The position numbers and the translations under genes are program-made. Positions 1 through 9,508 of a stretch of DNA of 64,000 nt are shown piece after piece; position 1 is the stretch's first letter, and each line of letters begins with the position of its first letter. Under the pieces are notes generated by a model that searched no databases, was not told where the DNA came from, and worked only from the letters and a program-made list of their open reading frames with translations. This stretch comes from Candidatus Multivoradales bacterium (GTDB lineage Bacteria; Acidobacteriota; Thermoanaerobaculia; Multivoradales; JAHEKO01): contig CBDFIJ010000004.1 in assembly GCA_965248055.1 (NCBI GenBank), positions 3,200,001 to 3,264,000 of the forward strand, read 5' to 3'.

Positions 1-350
1 AGCGAGAAGCCGCCTTCGCGCAACAGCGGGTGAAGCACGAGTAGTAGAAATCCCAGGCCCAGCCCGAGGACCAGGGACCGAATCAGCACCCGATGGGACT
101 CGTCGTTGTCGCCTGCGCCCAATGCTTTGGCGGTCAGACCGGTGGTTCCCATACGCAAGAAGCCGAACCCCCAATAGACATAGTCGAAAATTACCGCTGC
201 CAGGGCGACGCCGGCCAGAGCGGAGATTTGTGGCAGCCGCCCGAGCATCGCGGTATCGACCAGAGACGCCAGCGGTACGGTCAGGTTGGCCGCGATGTTG
301 TAGGCGGTCAACCGAGCGAAGCCGGATTTGTCGATGGTTCCTGGGCTCAT
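1..350 (-). CDS. MATE family efflux transporter, DinF-like (5' part; runs off the window)
   Basis: Not in ORF track. Manual translation from ATG at 350: MSPGTIDKSGFARLTAYNIAANLTVPLASLVDTAMLGRL...YWGFGFLRMGTTGLTAKALG, which has the DinF/MATE N-terminal motifs (PLxxLVDTAxxG, FLRMGTTG). Confidence 0.85.
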   Translation of the reverse strand, partial: MSPGTIDKSGFARLTAYNIAANLTVPLASLVDTAMLGRLPQISALAGVALAAVIFDYVYWGFGFLRMGTTGLTAKALGAGDNDESHRVLIRSLVLGLGLGFLLLVLHPLLREGGFS

Positions 351-469
351 GACGAAGTCTGGGCTGGAGCGATCTCTGGAGTGGTCTTTGCAACAACAGA
401 CATCGGCGCATTGTAGTGCCGTGAGCAAAAACGGGCGCGATATGATTCGCCTCTAGGAGGGAAGTTTCA

Positions 470-1933
470 ATGATTGAATCTACTCAAATGACAAAACGTA
501 CGTTCGCAGCCTCGGCCATCCTGGTCGCGCTACTGATGGTGACCGGCTGCGCCACCAATCCAGCCACTGGCAAGAAGCAGATCTCCTTAATTGGCGAGGC
601 CAACGAGATTCAAATGGGCCGGGAGGCGGATCAGCAAATTGTCGCTCAAATGGGTCTCTATGGAGACCAAGAGCTGCAGAGCTACGTGTCGAATATCGGA
701 CTAGAGCTGGCGGCGGCATCGGAGCGTCCAGAACTACCCTGGACCTTTCGGGTTGTCGATGACCCGGTGGTCAATGCTTTTGCTCTGCCCGGTGGCTTTA
801 TCTACATTACCCGCGGGATCTTGGCCCACATGAGTTCCGAGGCCGAGCTGGCCGCGGTTTTGGGGCACGAAATTGGGCACGTCACGGCGCGCCACTCGGT
901 GAACCAAATGAGCAAGTCTCAGTTGCTCAACATCGGGTTAATCGCTGGCATGATTGCGGCCCCGGAAACCCAGCGCTATGCTGACTTGGTGCAGACCGGC
1001 TTGGGTTTAATGACCCTGAAGTTTTCCCGCGATGATGAACGACAGGCTGACGAATTGGGTCTGCGCTATCTGACCCGCGAAGACTATGACCCGCACCAGA
1101 TGCCGCGTGTGTTTGAGATGTTGGGACGGGTGAGTGCTGCAGCCTCCGAGGGCGGCCGAGTGCCTGGCTGGATGTCGACTCACCCAGATCCAGGACAGCG
1201 GCAACAGACCGCGCAGCAGGCGATTTCGCAATTGGAGCCGTCCGCAGTGGGTACCAAGGTCGATCGCCCAGAGTTTCTGGCAGCGATCGACGACATGATC
1301 TTTGGCCCCAATCCGCGTGAGGGTTTCTTTCGCGAGCAGCGTTTCATGCATCCTGACATGGCCTTCGAGGTGACTTTTCCCACGGGTTGGAAGACCGCCA
1401 ATCAGAAGCAACGCGTCATTGCCGGTGGATCGGAGCAGAACGCAATCATGCAACTGACCCTGTCGCAAGAGGCCTCGAAGGATGCGGCTTTAACCACCTT
1501 TATGGGCCAGGAAGGACTACAGCCCGGCCGCACCTGGCGCGACACGATCAACGGATTGTCTGCAGTTGGCGGGGCTTTTTCCGCCCAGTCTCAGGAGCGC
1601 AAGATTGTTGGTCGAGTGACCTATGTCTCCTATGGGGACAACATGTACCAGTTGTTGGCCTACGGCCTAGAGCAGCCGTTCTTGCAGCAGGATCGAGCCA
1701 TTGTCTCGGCGATGACCAGCTTCAAGCGCCTGACCGAAAAAAAAGCTCTCGCGGTGCAACCACACCGCATCGACATCACCAAGCTGGACCGGCCGTTGAC
1801 CGTGGCTCAGGTGCAACAGCAAGCGCCGTCGGCGGTGCCAACCGATATCTTGGCGATGATTAACGCCGTGACCCCAGCGGAGCAGATGCCGAGCGGGTTC
1901 TCATTCAAGCGGGTGGTCGGCGAACCGTTCTAG
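470..1933 (+). CDS. M48 family zinc metalloprotease, predicted lipoprotein
   Basis: Lipobox-like LMVTGC, NAFALPGG, HEIGH zinc motif, FSRDDERQAD, STHP; AGGAGG RBS upstream. Confidence 0.9.
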   Translation: MIESTQMTKRTFAASAILVALLMVTGCATNPATGKKQISLIGEANEIQMGREADQQIVAQMGLYGDQELQSYVSNIGLELAAASERPELPWTFRVVDDPVVNAFALPGGFIYITRGILAHMSSEAELAAVLGHEIGHVTARHSVNQMSKSQLLNIGLIAGMIAAPETQRYADLVQTGLGLMTLKFSRDDERQADELGLRYLTREDYDPHQMPRVFEMLGRVSAAASEGGRVPGWMSTHPDPGQRQQTAQQAISQLEPSAVGTKVDRPEFLAAIDDMIFGPNPREGFFREQRFMHPDMAFEVTFPTGWKTANQKQRVIAGGSEQNAIMQLTLSQEASKDAALTTFMGQEGLQPGRTWRDTINGLSAVGGAFSAQSQERKIVGRVTYVSYGDNMYQLLAYGLEQPFLQQDRAIVSAMTSFKRLTEKKALAVQPHRIDITKLDRPLTVAQVQQQAPSAVPTDILAMINAVTPAEQMPSGFSFKRVVGEPF

Positions 1934-1992
1934 CCGATTCTTTTGTTCTGCGGGCATAGCTCGCTGAATCGCAGTCCTCAGTCTGCAAGATT

Positions 1993-2024
1993 AGGCCGGT
2001 CCCTTTCGGGGAGCCGGCCTTTAT
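1993..2024. terminator. Probable bidirectional intrinsic terminator between the convergent M48 and trxB genes
   Basis: AGGCCGGTCCC-TTTC-GGGGAGCCGGCCT hairpin followed by TTAT. Confidence 0.6.
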
Positions 2025-2061
2025 GTGCCCACAACCAGTGTGGTTAAGAGTGCCGGGGGGC

Positions 2062-3018
2062 TTACGAGTGTTGCTTGGATTCCAACCAACGTTCGGCGTC
2101 GATCGCCGCCTTGCAACCGGTTCCAGCGGCGGTGACCGCTTGGCGATAGCTAGGGTCGACCGCATCGCCGCAGGCGAAGATGCCTTCGACACCGGTGTGG
2201 GTGGTCGGTTCTTGAACCCGAATGTAGCCAACTTCGTTGAGCTCCAAGACATCTGCAAACAGTTGGGTGTTGGGTTGATGACCGATGGCGACGAATACCC
2301 CCTCACAGGGGAAGCTGGAGGTTTGGTCGGTGATTCGGTTGCGGACCTTGATCCCGGTGACGCCTCCTTCGCGCGAGCCTTCAATCTCCTCGACCGTGGT
2401 ATCCCAGAGAAAATCAACGTTTGGATGGTCGAAGCCGCGTTGCTGCAAGATCTTCGAGGCGCGTAGCTCATCCCGCCGGTGGACAACTGTGACTTTGGAA
2501 GCAAACTTGGTCAGATACAGCGCTTCTTCCATCGCCGTATCTCCTCCGCCCACCACGACGATTTCCTTATCCCGAAAGAAAAATCCGTCACAAGTGGCAC
2601 AAGCTGAGACCCCGTAGCCCATCATGTGCGCTTCCGACTCCAAACCGAGTTGTTTGGCGCTTGCCCCGGTGGCAACGATCAAGCTGTGCCCAAGATACTC
2701 CGCTTGGTCAGTGCGAACGCGAAACGGCTGTTGAGCAAAGTCGATCTCTTCCACCTGCTCGAACTTAACTTCGGCGCCGAATTTCTGCGCTTGCTTGCGC
2801 ATTTGGTCCATTAATTCTGGGCCTAGGATTCCATCGGGAAACCCGGGATAGTTTTCGACGTCGGTGGTGATGGTGAGCTGACCTCCTGGCTGGTTACCCT
2901 CCAAGACCAACGGAGCGAGACCGGCTCGGGCGTTGTATAAAGCGGCGGTGAGACCGGCGGGTCCAGATCCCAGGATGATGACGTTGTGCGTAGATTCAGG
3001 TGTCAAATGAGTCTCCAA
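2062..3018 (-). CDS. trxB: Thioredoxin-disulfide reductase
   Basis: GSGPAG FAD motif, GGQL, ENYPGF, CATCD redox centre, GGGDTAMEEA NADPH motif. Confidence 0.97.
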   Translation of the reverse strand: METHLTPESTHNVIILGSGPAGLTAALYNARAGLAPLVLEGNQPGGQLTITTDVENYPGFPDGILGPELMDQMRKQAQKFGAEVKFEQVEEIDFAQQPFRVRTDQAEYLGHSLIVATGASAKQLGLESEAHMMGYGVSACATCDGFFFRDKEIVVVGGGDTAMEEALYLTKFASKVTVVHRRDELRASKILQQRGFDHPNVDFLWDTTVEEIEGSREGGVTGIKVRNRITDQTSSFPCEGVFVAIGHQPNTQLFADVLELNEVGYIRVQEPTTHTGVEGIFACGDAVDPSYRQAVTAAGTGCKAAIDAERWLESKQHS

Positions 3019-3208
3019 GATCCCAGTGTTTTCGTTTGCTGAAGCGGCCTTGACTGCGAAGACTTTGCGTCGCCTCGTTCGACCCTATAACAGCCGAACG
3101 AGGGTCCGATATTCCAGTTTGTTTTCGACGGGGAAGCGCCTACAATGGATAGTGGGTCGGGCCAGCGTCGACCTAACCGCGAACGATGAACAACTTGGGA
3201 GATCTCAC

Positions 3209-3712
3209 ATGCTAGCCAGTCAGCGCCTGGTCGACGCCATCAATCAGCAGATAGGTAACGAGCTTGGCGCGAGCCATCAATACACCTCAATTGCAACCTA
3301 CTTTGATCGCCAAACACTGATGGAGTTGGCGCGATTTTTCTACCGTCAGGCCGACGAGGAGCGCGACCACGCGATGCGTTTCGTCAAGTTCTTAGTTGAA
3401 GTCGGAGCTCCGGTGGAGATTCCCGAGATTGCGGCGCCCAAGAGCGCCTTTTCCAGCGCTGAGGAAGCGGTGGCTTTATCCCTGGAATGGGAAGAGACCG
3501 TGACCCAGCAAATCTACGGCTTGGTCGATCTTGCTCAGGATGACTCCAACCACATCGCGACGCGTTTTCTCGATTGGTTTGTCACCGAGCAACTCGAAGA
3601 AGTCAGCACCATGGGTGGCCTGCTCGACGTGGTTCGGCGGGCTGGAGATAACGGATTACACTTCGTTGAAGAGTACTTAGTGCGCGAGGGACAAGCCAAC
3701 GCCCCGGAGTAG
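3209..3712 (+). CDS. Non-heme ferritin
   Basis: ATG at 3209 after GGGAGA; INQQIGNEL, EERDHAM, FLDWFVTEQLEE ferroxidase-centre pattern. The track's upstream extension to 3026 is unlikely. Confidence 0.92.
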   Translation: MLASQRLVDAINQQIGNELGASHQYTSIATYFDRQTLMELARFFYRQADEERDHAMRFVKFLVEVGAPVEIPEIAAPKSAFSSAEEAVALSLEWEETVTQQIYGLVDLAQDDSNHIATRFLDWFVTEQLEEVSTMGGLLDVVRRAGDNGLHFVEEYLVREGQANAPE

Positions 3713-3729
3713 TTGCCAGTAGCCAACGC

Positions 3730-4677
3730 TTAGTTGGCGATCAGGCGATTGGTGGCCAAACCTTCCGCGAGCTCAACCGCATTGCGCGCCGACAACGTTA
3801 GGTTGTCAAAGACCGCCCACAGGTTAACCCCATAGGCTCGCGACTCAACCCGCCCTAGTTTGACGTGGTCGGCGGCTGCGCCATCGACAGTACCCAGCGG
3901 TTGGTCGCTGGCTTGCGGTTCAATATAGGGACTGGACTGCAGTCGCTCCAGGACTTGCCCTGCAAGGTCGCTCGCGGGGTCGTCTGAGGCTGTGAGCGTC
4001 AGGTCTACAGACAGCCCCACTCCGTGAAAGATTCCAACGTCAATCGTGCGAACCGCCAGCGAAGCTTGCGGCAGCAGGCTGCTGACCTCGGCTTCGATGT
4101 CCGAGTGATGGAGTGTGTCGACGGCGTTGAACGCCAATTGCACTGAAAGAGTCTGCTTCGGCATATCTCCTGAGAAGCTGAGAATCGATCGTGTTTGCTC
4201 TAGAAGTTCGTCCAATGCACCGCCTCCCGCAGAGGAGGCTCCCTGGAGCGCAATGGCCGAACCACTGGGTTTGAGGTCGGCCAGCGGCGCCAGTAGATGG
4301 GTTAGCGCGATGCCGACTGCGGTCGGACAATAGACCCGCTTTGGAACCGCGTTAGCGCTGTCGAAGGAAGTCAGTCCGGCGACTGCGTAGTCAAATGTTC
4401 CCGGGGTTGTTGGTTCGACATGGATCAGCACCCTTGAATCAACCTGGTCGTCCACCTTTTGTTGTTGCTCAGGAGTGCCGCACACCAGATAGAGGTCCGC
4501 TTCGCTGCCCGTCAATCCTTGAATCAAGGCAGCTTCGTCGCCGGTGTCCGCCAGAGTTCCAATGAGTTCTTGGTCGGTGGTGAGCAGGCTGTCTGCTTGG
4601 AGGACTTGCGAATCTCGAAGTTGATCGCGCAGGGCTTTTCCGATGAGAGAGCTGGAGTTGACGACTGCTGTTTTCAT
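3730..4677 (-). CDS. Aspartate-semialdehyde dehydrogenase-like (Asd/Usg-like) protein with degenerate catalytic motifs
   Basis: Start ATG 4677 (MKTAVV); Asd-like QGASSAGGGALDELLEQT, QLAFN, VKLGRV, LWAVFDNL motifs. Confidence 0.7.
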   Translation of the reverse strand: MKTAVVNSSSLIGKALRDQLRDSQVLQADSLLTTDQELIGTLADTGDEAALIQGLTGSEADLYLVCGTPEQQQKVDDQVDSRVLIHVEPTTPGTFDYAVAGLTSFDSANAVPKRVYCPTAVGIALTHLLAPLADLKPSGSAIALQGASSAGGGALDELLEQTRSILSFSGDMPKQTLSVQLAFNAVDTLHHSDIEAEVSSLLPQASLAVRTIDVGIFHGVGLSVDLTLTASDDPASDLAGQVLERLQSSPYIEPQASDQPLGTVDGAAADHVKLGRVESRAYGVNLWAVFDNLTLSARNAVELAEGLATNRLIAN

Positions 4678-4721
4678 GAGATGTCCGTTCGGTGGCGAAA
4701 TCTGAGTCAGTGGAATTCGAG

Positions 4722-5498
4722 TTATCGGGTATCGAAATGGATCAACGGCTTCTTGGCCGTGGGTAGTTTGGCTGGTGCTGCCGCCAGGTACAACGGTTCC
4801 TGGAGCGTGGTGGGATGCCAGACGAAATCGGTGGTCGCGATTTGAGCTAGAGCAATTTCGGCCAGGCACAGCTCGGGCATCACGGCCTGGGCCAACTCCT
4901 GGTGTCGGGTGAGGGTGACCAACGGAAATCCGCTCGAGATCTGGTCGGGGGTCGGGCTTCTTTCCGGCGGGCCCAGTGGTAGCCGAGAGCCCTGTGGTTG
5001 CCGAGAGCCCTGTGGTTGCCGAGAGCCCTGTGGCTGCCGAGACCCCAGTGCCTGCCAAGGCCAGGCCTGGCACGAATCATCCGGTCCAGAGTCGGTTAGC
5101 CGATTCGAGGGGGCGCTAAAGGCCTGGCTAAACCACGATCCGCGCCAAGCGTTGATCACCGCAACCACTGGCTCGTTCCCCGGCGCAGCGTGCGCCAGCA
5201 GCGCAAGGGTTGAAATGGCAGTCGCGGGGATTTGCAGAGATTGGTGCAATCCCAGGGCGAACGCCAAACCAACCCGCAGTCCGGTGAAACTTCCGGGGCC
5301 GCGTGCAGCGACCAACGCATCTAGATCGGACCATTGTGCCCCAAAATCCTTAAGCAGATTGTCCGCCAAACCTGGAACTTGGGTCGAAGACCGAGTCTGC
5401 GGTTGCTTGACGTGGAGGATCTTGCCGTTGGCCAGAAGGGCCACCGAGATCACCGGAGAGCCGCTGTCAAAAGCGAGTACGAGATTCGGCGAAGGCAT
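4722..5498 (-). CDS. tsaB: tRNA threonylcarbamoyladenosine biosynthesis protein TsaB
   Basis: VLAFDSG..ISVAL start and GPGSFTGLRVG signature; start taken at ATG 5498. Confidence 0.9.
   Translation of the reverse strand: MPSPNLVLAFDSGSPVISVALLANGKILHVKQPQTRSSTQVPGLADNLLKDFGAQWSDLDALVAARGPGSFTGLRVGLAFALGLHQSLQIPATAISTLALLAHAAPGNEPVVAVINAWRGSWFSQAFSAPSNRLTDSGPDDSCQAWPWQALGSRQPQGSRQPQGSRQPQGSRLPLGPPERSPTPDQISSGFPLVTLTRHQELAQAVMPELCLAEIALAQIATTDFVWHPTTLQEPLYLAAAPAKLPTAKKPLIHFDTR
4982..5044. repeat. 18-bp tandem repeat (about 3.5 copies) inside tsaB, encoding (GSRQPQ)n
   Basis: GCCGAGAGCCCTGTGGTT at 4982, 5000 and 5018 (1 change), partial copy at 5036. Confidence 0.95.
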
Positions 5499-5651
5499 AC
5501 CAGGGGATAGTGGGAATGACAGTGAATGAGGACGTTGGGTAGAAGCTGCAGGTCGCTTGGGCAAGTCTGCCAACCGGCACGGTAGCCACCCCGCGCGCCC
5601 TGGCCACTAGTATAGTGCCGCCGGTATTCGCTCCAACGGAGCCGGGTTGAG

Positions 5652-8378
5652 ATGTCTCCTGATCAAGCAAAGCTAACTCCTATGCTTCGCCATTACATGG
5701 CGACCAAAGCAGAACATCCTGATGCGTTGTTGCTCTATCGCATGGGGGATTTCTACGAGCTGTTTTTCGACGACGCCAAAGAGGCCGCGCCGATTCTGGA
5801 AGTTCAACTCACTGCGCGCCAGAAGGGGACGCCCAATGAGGCGCTGATGTGCGGTGTTCCGCATCACGCGGTCGAGGGTTATATCGCCAAACTGGTCCAG
5901 GCCGGGAGACGCGTCGCGGTCTGTGATCAAGTGGAGGACCCGGCCAAAGCGAAAGGCATGGTGCGGCGAGAGGTGACTCGCATTGTGACCCCGGGGACTG
6001 TAGTCGAACTCGAACAACTGGCTGCAGATCAGCACAATTATCTGGCGGCTTTGTCTTGGGACGGTGACTCTGGCGCCGGGGCTTTTCTTGAGGTGTCGAC
6101 CGGTCAGTTCCGGGTGCATCGCTGGCAGGATGCAGTGCAAGCGATTGAAGACCTGGCCTTGATCCGACCCCGCGAAGTATTGATTCAGAAGGACAGTCTG
6201 CCTGCCGCGGTTGTTGAGTTCGTCGAATCGCCGGCGACTCGATCAACCGATCTTGACACTGCGTTGCCCCAGGCGACTCGCGGTGCGGCGAGTGCCCTCA
6301 AACGCCACTTTGGAGTGGCGTCGCTGCGGGGTTTGGGGCTTTCCGACCGGGAGCCAGCAACCCAGGCTGCGGCTGCGGTTCTTGCATACGCCGCGGTGAC
6401 CCAGGGAGCGCAGGCCACCCACGTACAACGGCTGCGACTCAAGCAAGAATCTGGTTCTGTGGTTGATTCAACCACCTTGCGCAACTTGGAAGTGTTGCGC
6501 AATCTGCGCGACGGGGGGCGAGACGCGACCCTGTTGGCGGTTCTCGACCGCACCAAAACCGCGCCGGGTGCACGGAAACTGGGTGATTGGCTGCGCGAGC
6601 CGCTGCGATCCGTTGCGCAAGTGCGCTCGCGCCACGATGCGGTCAGCGATTTAGTGCGGGACTCAACGCGAGCCTCTGAAATTCAGGAACGTCTAGCAGC
6701 GGTGGGAGACCTAGAGCGCCTTGGGTCGAGGGCTGCGCTGGGCAGGATGACGCCGAGAGAAGCGGACGCGTTGCGCAGTTCGCTACAGCAGGTCCCGGTG
6801 TTACAAAGCCTGTGCGCCAGCGTCGACGCTGAGTTGGTTCAATCAATTGCCCAAGTCGATGAGCTGGCGGATCTGACGGTAGATCTGGAACAGACCTTGG
6901 CGGAAGATCCGCCGATTCAGATTGCGCAGGGAGGCGTGGTCGCCACTGGGGTTGATCCTGAGTTAGATCGTTTTCGCTCGCTCGCTGGATCGAGTAAGCA
7001 ACACTTGATGGAGCTGCAGCAGCGAGAACGAGAAGCCACCGGAATTAGTACCCTCAAGGTTCGGTTCAATCGGGTCTTTGGCTACTACCTGGAGGTCACC
7101 AGAGCCCAGCAAGATCGGGTGCCGGAGCACTATGTTCGCAAACAGACTCTGGTCAATGCCGAGCGCTACATCACGGAGGAGCTGAAAATCCTTGAGGAGC
7201 AGATTCTGGGTGCGGAAGAGCGTCAGATAGCTCTGGAACAGGAGTTGTTTGAACAATTGATTACGCGGGTGGGTGCTAGTGCTGGCGAACTTGCGGTGCT
7301 GGCGGATGCACTCTCTGATCTAGACGTCCTGGCAAGCTATGCCCAGGTTGCCCAGAGTCGAGACTATGTCCGTCCGGTGATGTTGGAAACGGGAGAGCCG
7401 ATCGAAATTAAAGACGGGCGGCATCCGGTGGTCGAAGCGGTGTCTACAGAGCCGTTCGTACCCAACGATAGCCACCTGGGTTCCGAGCAGCCGCGGATTG
7501 TGATTCTCACCGGTCCCAACATGGGTGGTAAGTCCACCTACTTGCGCCAAGTTGGCCTGATCTCGATCATGGCCCAAGCTGGGTGCTTTGTGCCAGCCAA
7601 GAGTGCTCGGCTGGCGGTGGTGGATCGGGTGTTCACCCGAGTCGGAGCCAGTGATGATTTAGCGCGTGGCGAATCCACGTTCATGGTGGAGATGATCGAG
7701 ACCGCGCGCATCTTGCATCAGGCGACCGGCAACAGTCTGGTGATCCTGGATGAGGTCGGTCGCGGAACGGCGACTTTCGACGGGCTGAGTTTGGCTTGGG
7801 CGATCGTCGAGTTTTTGCATCAGGTCTCCGGCTTGAAGGCTCTGTTTGCAACCCATTATCACGAGCTGACAGACCTGGCTCGAACCCTGGATGAGGCGAC
7901 CAATCAGACCATGGCGGTGCGCGAGTGGGAAGACCGGGTGGTGTTTCTGCGGCGGGTGATTGCCGGTAGTGCCGACAAGTCCTACGGGTTGCATGTCGCG
8001 TCGTTGGCGGGAATCCCGGAGCAGGTGGTACAGCGAGCGACCCAGATCCTGGAGGGTCTGGAACGATCTCAGTTGCGCCCTGGGGTTGACGGTACTTCCA
8101 ACAGCGCTAGCGGAACAACCGACGACGATGCCGTCGAGAGCAACGTCACCGGCAACGGCGCGGAGGGGGCAGGTTCATTCCCCGAAAGCCAAGATGTCGA
8201 ACTTCAACCACCCAGCCAACAGCGCCATCCGGTGGCGGACCAGTTGACGTTGTTTACCCCACCAGAAGAGATTGTCGCTTCCGTGTTGCGCAGTCTTGAC
8301 GCAGAGGCTTTGACCCCGCTCGCTGCGCTCAATCTGATCCACTCGCTGCAGGAACGGCTGCGCGGTGCCGGTGAATGA
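5652..8378 (+). CDS. mutS: DNA mismatch repair protein MutS
   Basis: TPML, GDFYELF, TGPNMGGKST Walker A, DEVGRGT, FATHYHEL, C-terminal QLTLF clamp-binding motif. Confidence 0.98.
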   Translation: MSPDQAKLTPMLRHYMATKAEHPDALLLYRMGDFYELFFDDAKEAAPILEVQLTARQKGTPNEALMCGVPHHAVEGYIAKLVQAGRRVAVCDQVEDPAKAKGMVRREVTRIVTPGTVVELEQLAADQHNYLAALSWDGDSGAGAFLEVSTGQFRVHRWQDAVQAIEDLALIRPREVLIQKDSLPAAVVEFVESPATRSTDLDTALPQATRGAASALKRHFGVASLRGLGLSDREPATQAAAAVLAYAAVTQGAQATHVQRLRLKQESGSVVDSTTLRNLEVLRNLRDGGRDATLLAVLDRTKTAPGARKLGDWLREPLRSVAQVRSRHDAVSDLVRDSTRASEIQERLAAVGDLERLGSRAALGRMTPREADALRSSLQQVPVLQSLCASVDAELVQSIAQVDELADLTVDLEQTLAEDPPIQIAQGGVVATGVDPELDRFRSLAGSSKQHLMELQQREREATGISTLKVRFNRVFGYYLEVTRAQQDRVPEHYVRKQTLVNAERYITEELKILEEQILGAEERQIALEQELFEQLITRVGASAGELAVLADALSDLDVLASYAQVAQSRDYVRPVMLETGEPIEIKDGRHPVVEAVSTEPFVPNDSHLGSEQPRIVILTGPNMGGKSTYLRQVGLISIMAQAGCFVPAKSARLAVVDRVFTRVGASDDLARGESTFMVEMIETARILHQATGNSLVILDEVGRGTATFDGLSLAWAIVEFLHQVSGLKALFATHYHELTDLARTLDEATNQTMAVREWEDRVVFLRRVIAGSADKSYGLHVASLAGIPEQVVQRATQILEGLERSQLRPGVDGTSNSASGTTDDDAVESNVTGNGAEGAGSFPESQDVELQPPSQQRHPVADQLTLFTPPEEIVASVLRSLDAEALTPLAALNLIHSLQERLRGAGE

Positions 8379-8412
8379 GAGGGCGGGGAGTGAGAGTCTG
8401 TTCGCCGCGAAT

Positions 8413-8856
8413 CTAGAACGGGATATCGTCGTCCACCGGGTCTGAAGCTTTGGGCGCGGCTTGTCCGCCGCCTTGGGAGGCACCCTGGCTGCCGCCCTTG
8501 TTGCCGCCTTGGCCGCCACCGGAGTCGCTTCGGGATCCCAACATCTGGAAGTTGTCGCAGATCACCTCGGTGCGGTACTTCTTTTCGCCCGACTGCTTGT
8601 CGTCCCAGGAACGCGTCTGTAGCCGACCCTCGATGTAGACCTGTCGCCCCTTGGTCAGGTACTGCCCGGCGATTTCCGCCTGGCGACCCCAGCAGACAAT
8701 GTTGTGCCACTCTGTTTGCTCTTGCTTGTTACCCTCACGATCCTTCCACCGACGAGTGGTCGCGACCGAAAAAGAAGCCACAGGTTGCCCAGAAGGAGTG
8801 GAACGGACTTCTGGGTCACGGCCCAGGTTGCCGACGAGAATTACTTTGTTGATCAT
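8413..8856 (-). CDS. ssb: Single-stranded DNA-binding protein
   Basis: [23 protein letters not shown]-terminal DDDIPF. Confidence 0.98.
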   Translation of the reverse strand: MINKVILVGNLGRDPEVRSTPSGQPVASFSVATTRRWKDREGNKQEQTEWHNIVCWGRQAEIAGQYLTKGRQVYIEGRLQTRSWDDKQSGEKKYRTEVICDNFQMLGSRSDSGGGQGGNKGGSQGASQGGGQAAPKASDPVDDDIPF

Positions 8857-9007
8857 GGCTGTTTTGCTCCGAAAATACCTACGTTCTTTGAATTGAGATG
8901 GTCAAACTCGCTGCCAATTACAACCGTCGTTTGCCTCTCGGGCTAAGCTACCACAGCGGTTTAGATCGTTATGGATCACCTGCCACTGGAAGAGAGAGAC
9001 GAGAACC

Positions 9008-9466
9008 ATGCGCATAGTCTTGCAGCGAGTCAGCGAAGCGAGGGTCTTGGTGGACCAGCGGGTGGTTGGCCAAATCGGTCGCGGTTTATTGCTGTTGGTA
9101 GGGATGGAGAAGGGGGATCAGCCGCAGGTGGTGAAACGTGCGGCAGCCAAGGTCGCTTCTCTGCGATTGTTTGCCGACCCTGCCGCACCTGCCGAGCACA
9201 AAACCAGGATGAACCTGGGAGTCGGCGAGATCGATGGAGAGGTGTTGGTGATCTCGCAGTTCACTCTAGCCGCGAATACCAATCGGGGTCGTCGGCCATC
9301 TTTTGATCGAGCGATGCCACCCGACTTGGCGCGCGAGCAGATCGATAAATTTGTTCGGCTGTTGCGAGAACAGCATCGACTCAACGTCGCTGAGGGTGAA
9401 TTCGGAGCGATGATGCAGGTCGAGTTGGTCAACCAAGGGCCGGTGACCCTGGTTCTGGATTTCTAG
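9008..9466 (+). CDS. dtd: D-aminoacyl-tRNA deacylase
   Basis: MRIVLQRV, SQFTL, GRRPSF, NQGPVT. Confidence 0.96.
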   Translation: MRIVLQRVSEARVLVDQRVVGQIGRGLLLLVGMEKGDQPQVVKRAAAKVASLRLFADPAAPAEHKTRMNLGVGEIDGEVLVISQFTLAANTNRGRRPSFDRAMPPDLAREQIDKFVRLLREQHRLNVAEGEFGAMMQVELVNQGPVTLVLDF

Positions 9467-9508
9467 TCGGCACCTCCGAGCGAGGGTGACGTGTCTCAAG
9501 CAGTTCTT

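Noticed and set aside
93-416. Plus-strand ORFs 93-416 and 122-352
   Set aside because: Antisense shadows of the MATE transporter gene on the minus strand
1952-2030. Hammerhead ribozyme on the minus strand (CTGAGGA and GAAA present)
   Set aside because: The GAAA is a hairpin tetraloop and the stems do not form the hammerhead core
4678-5073. N-terminal extension of the 447-aa ORF with (GLSATT)n repeats
   Set aside because: It overlaps tsaB in another frame and the repeats are the tsaB VNTR; the Asd-like fold starts at ATG 4677
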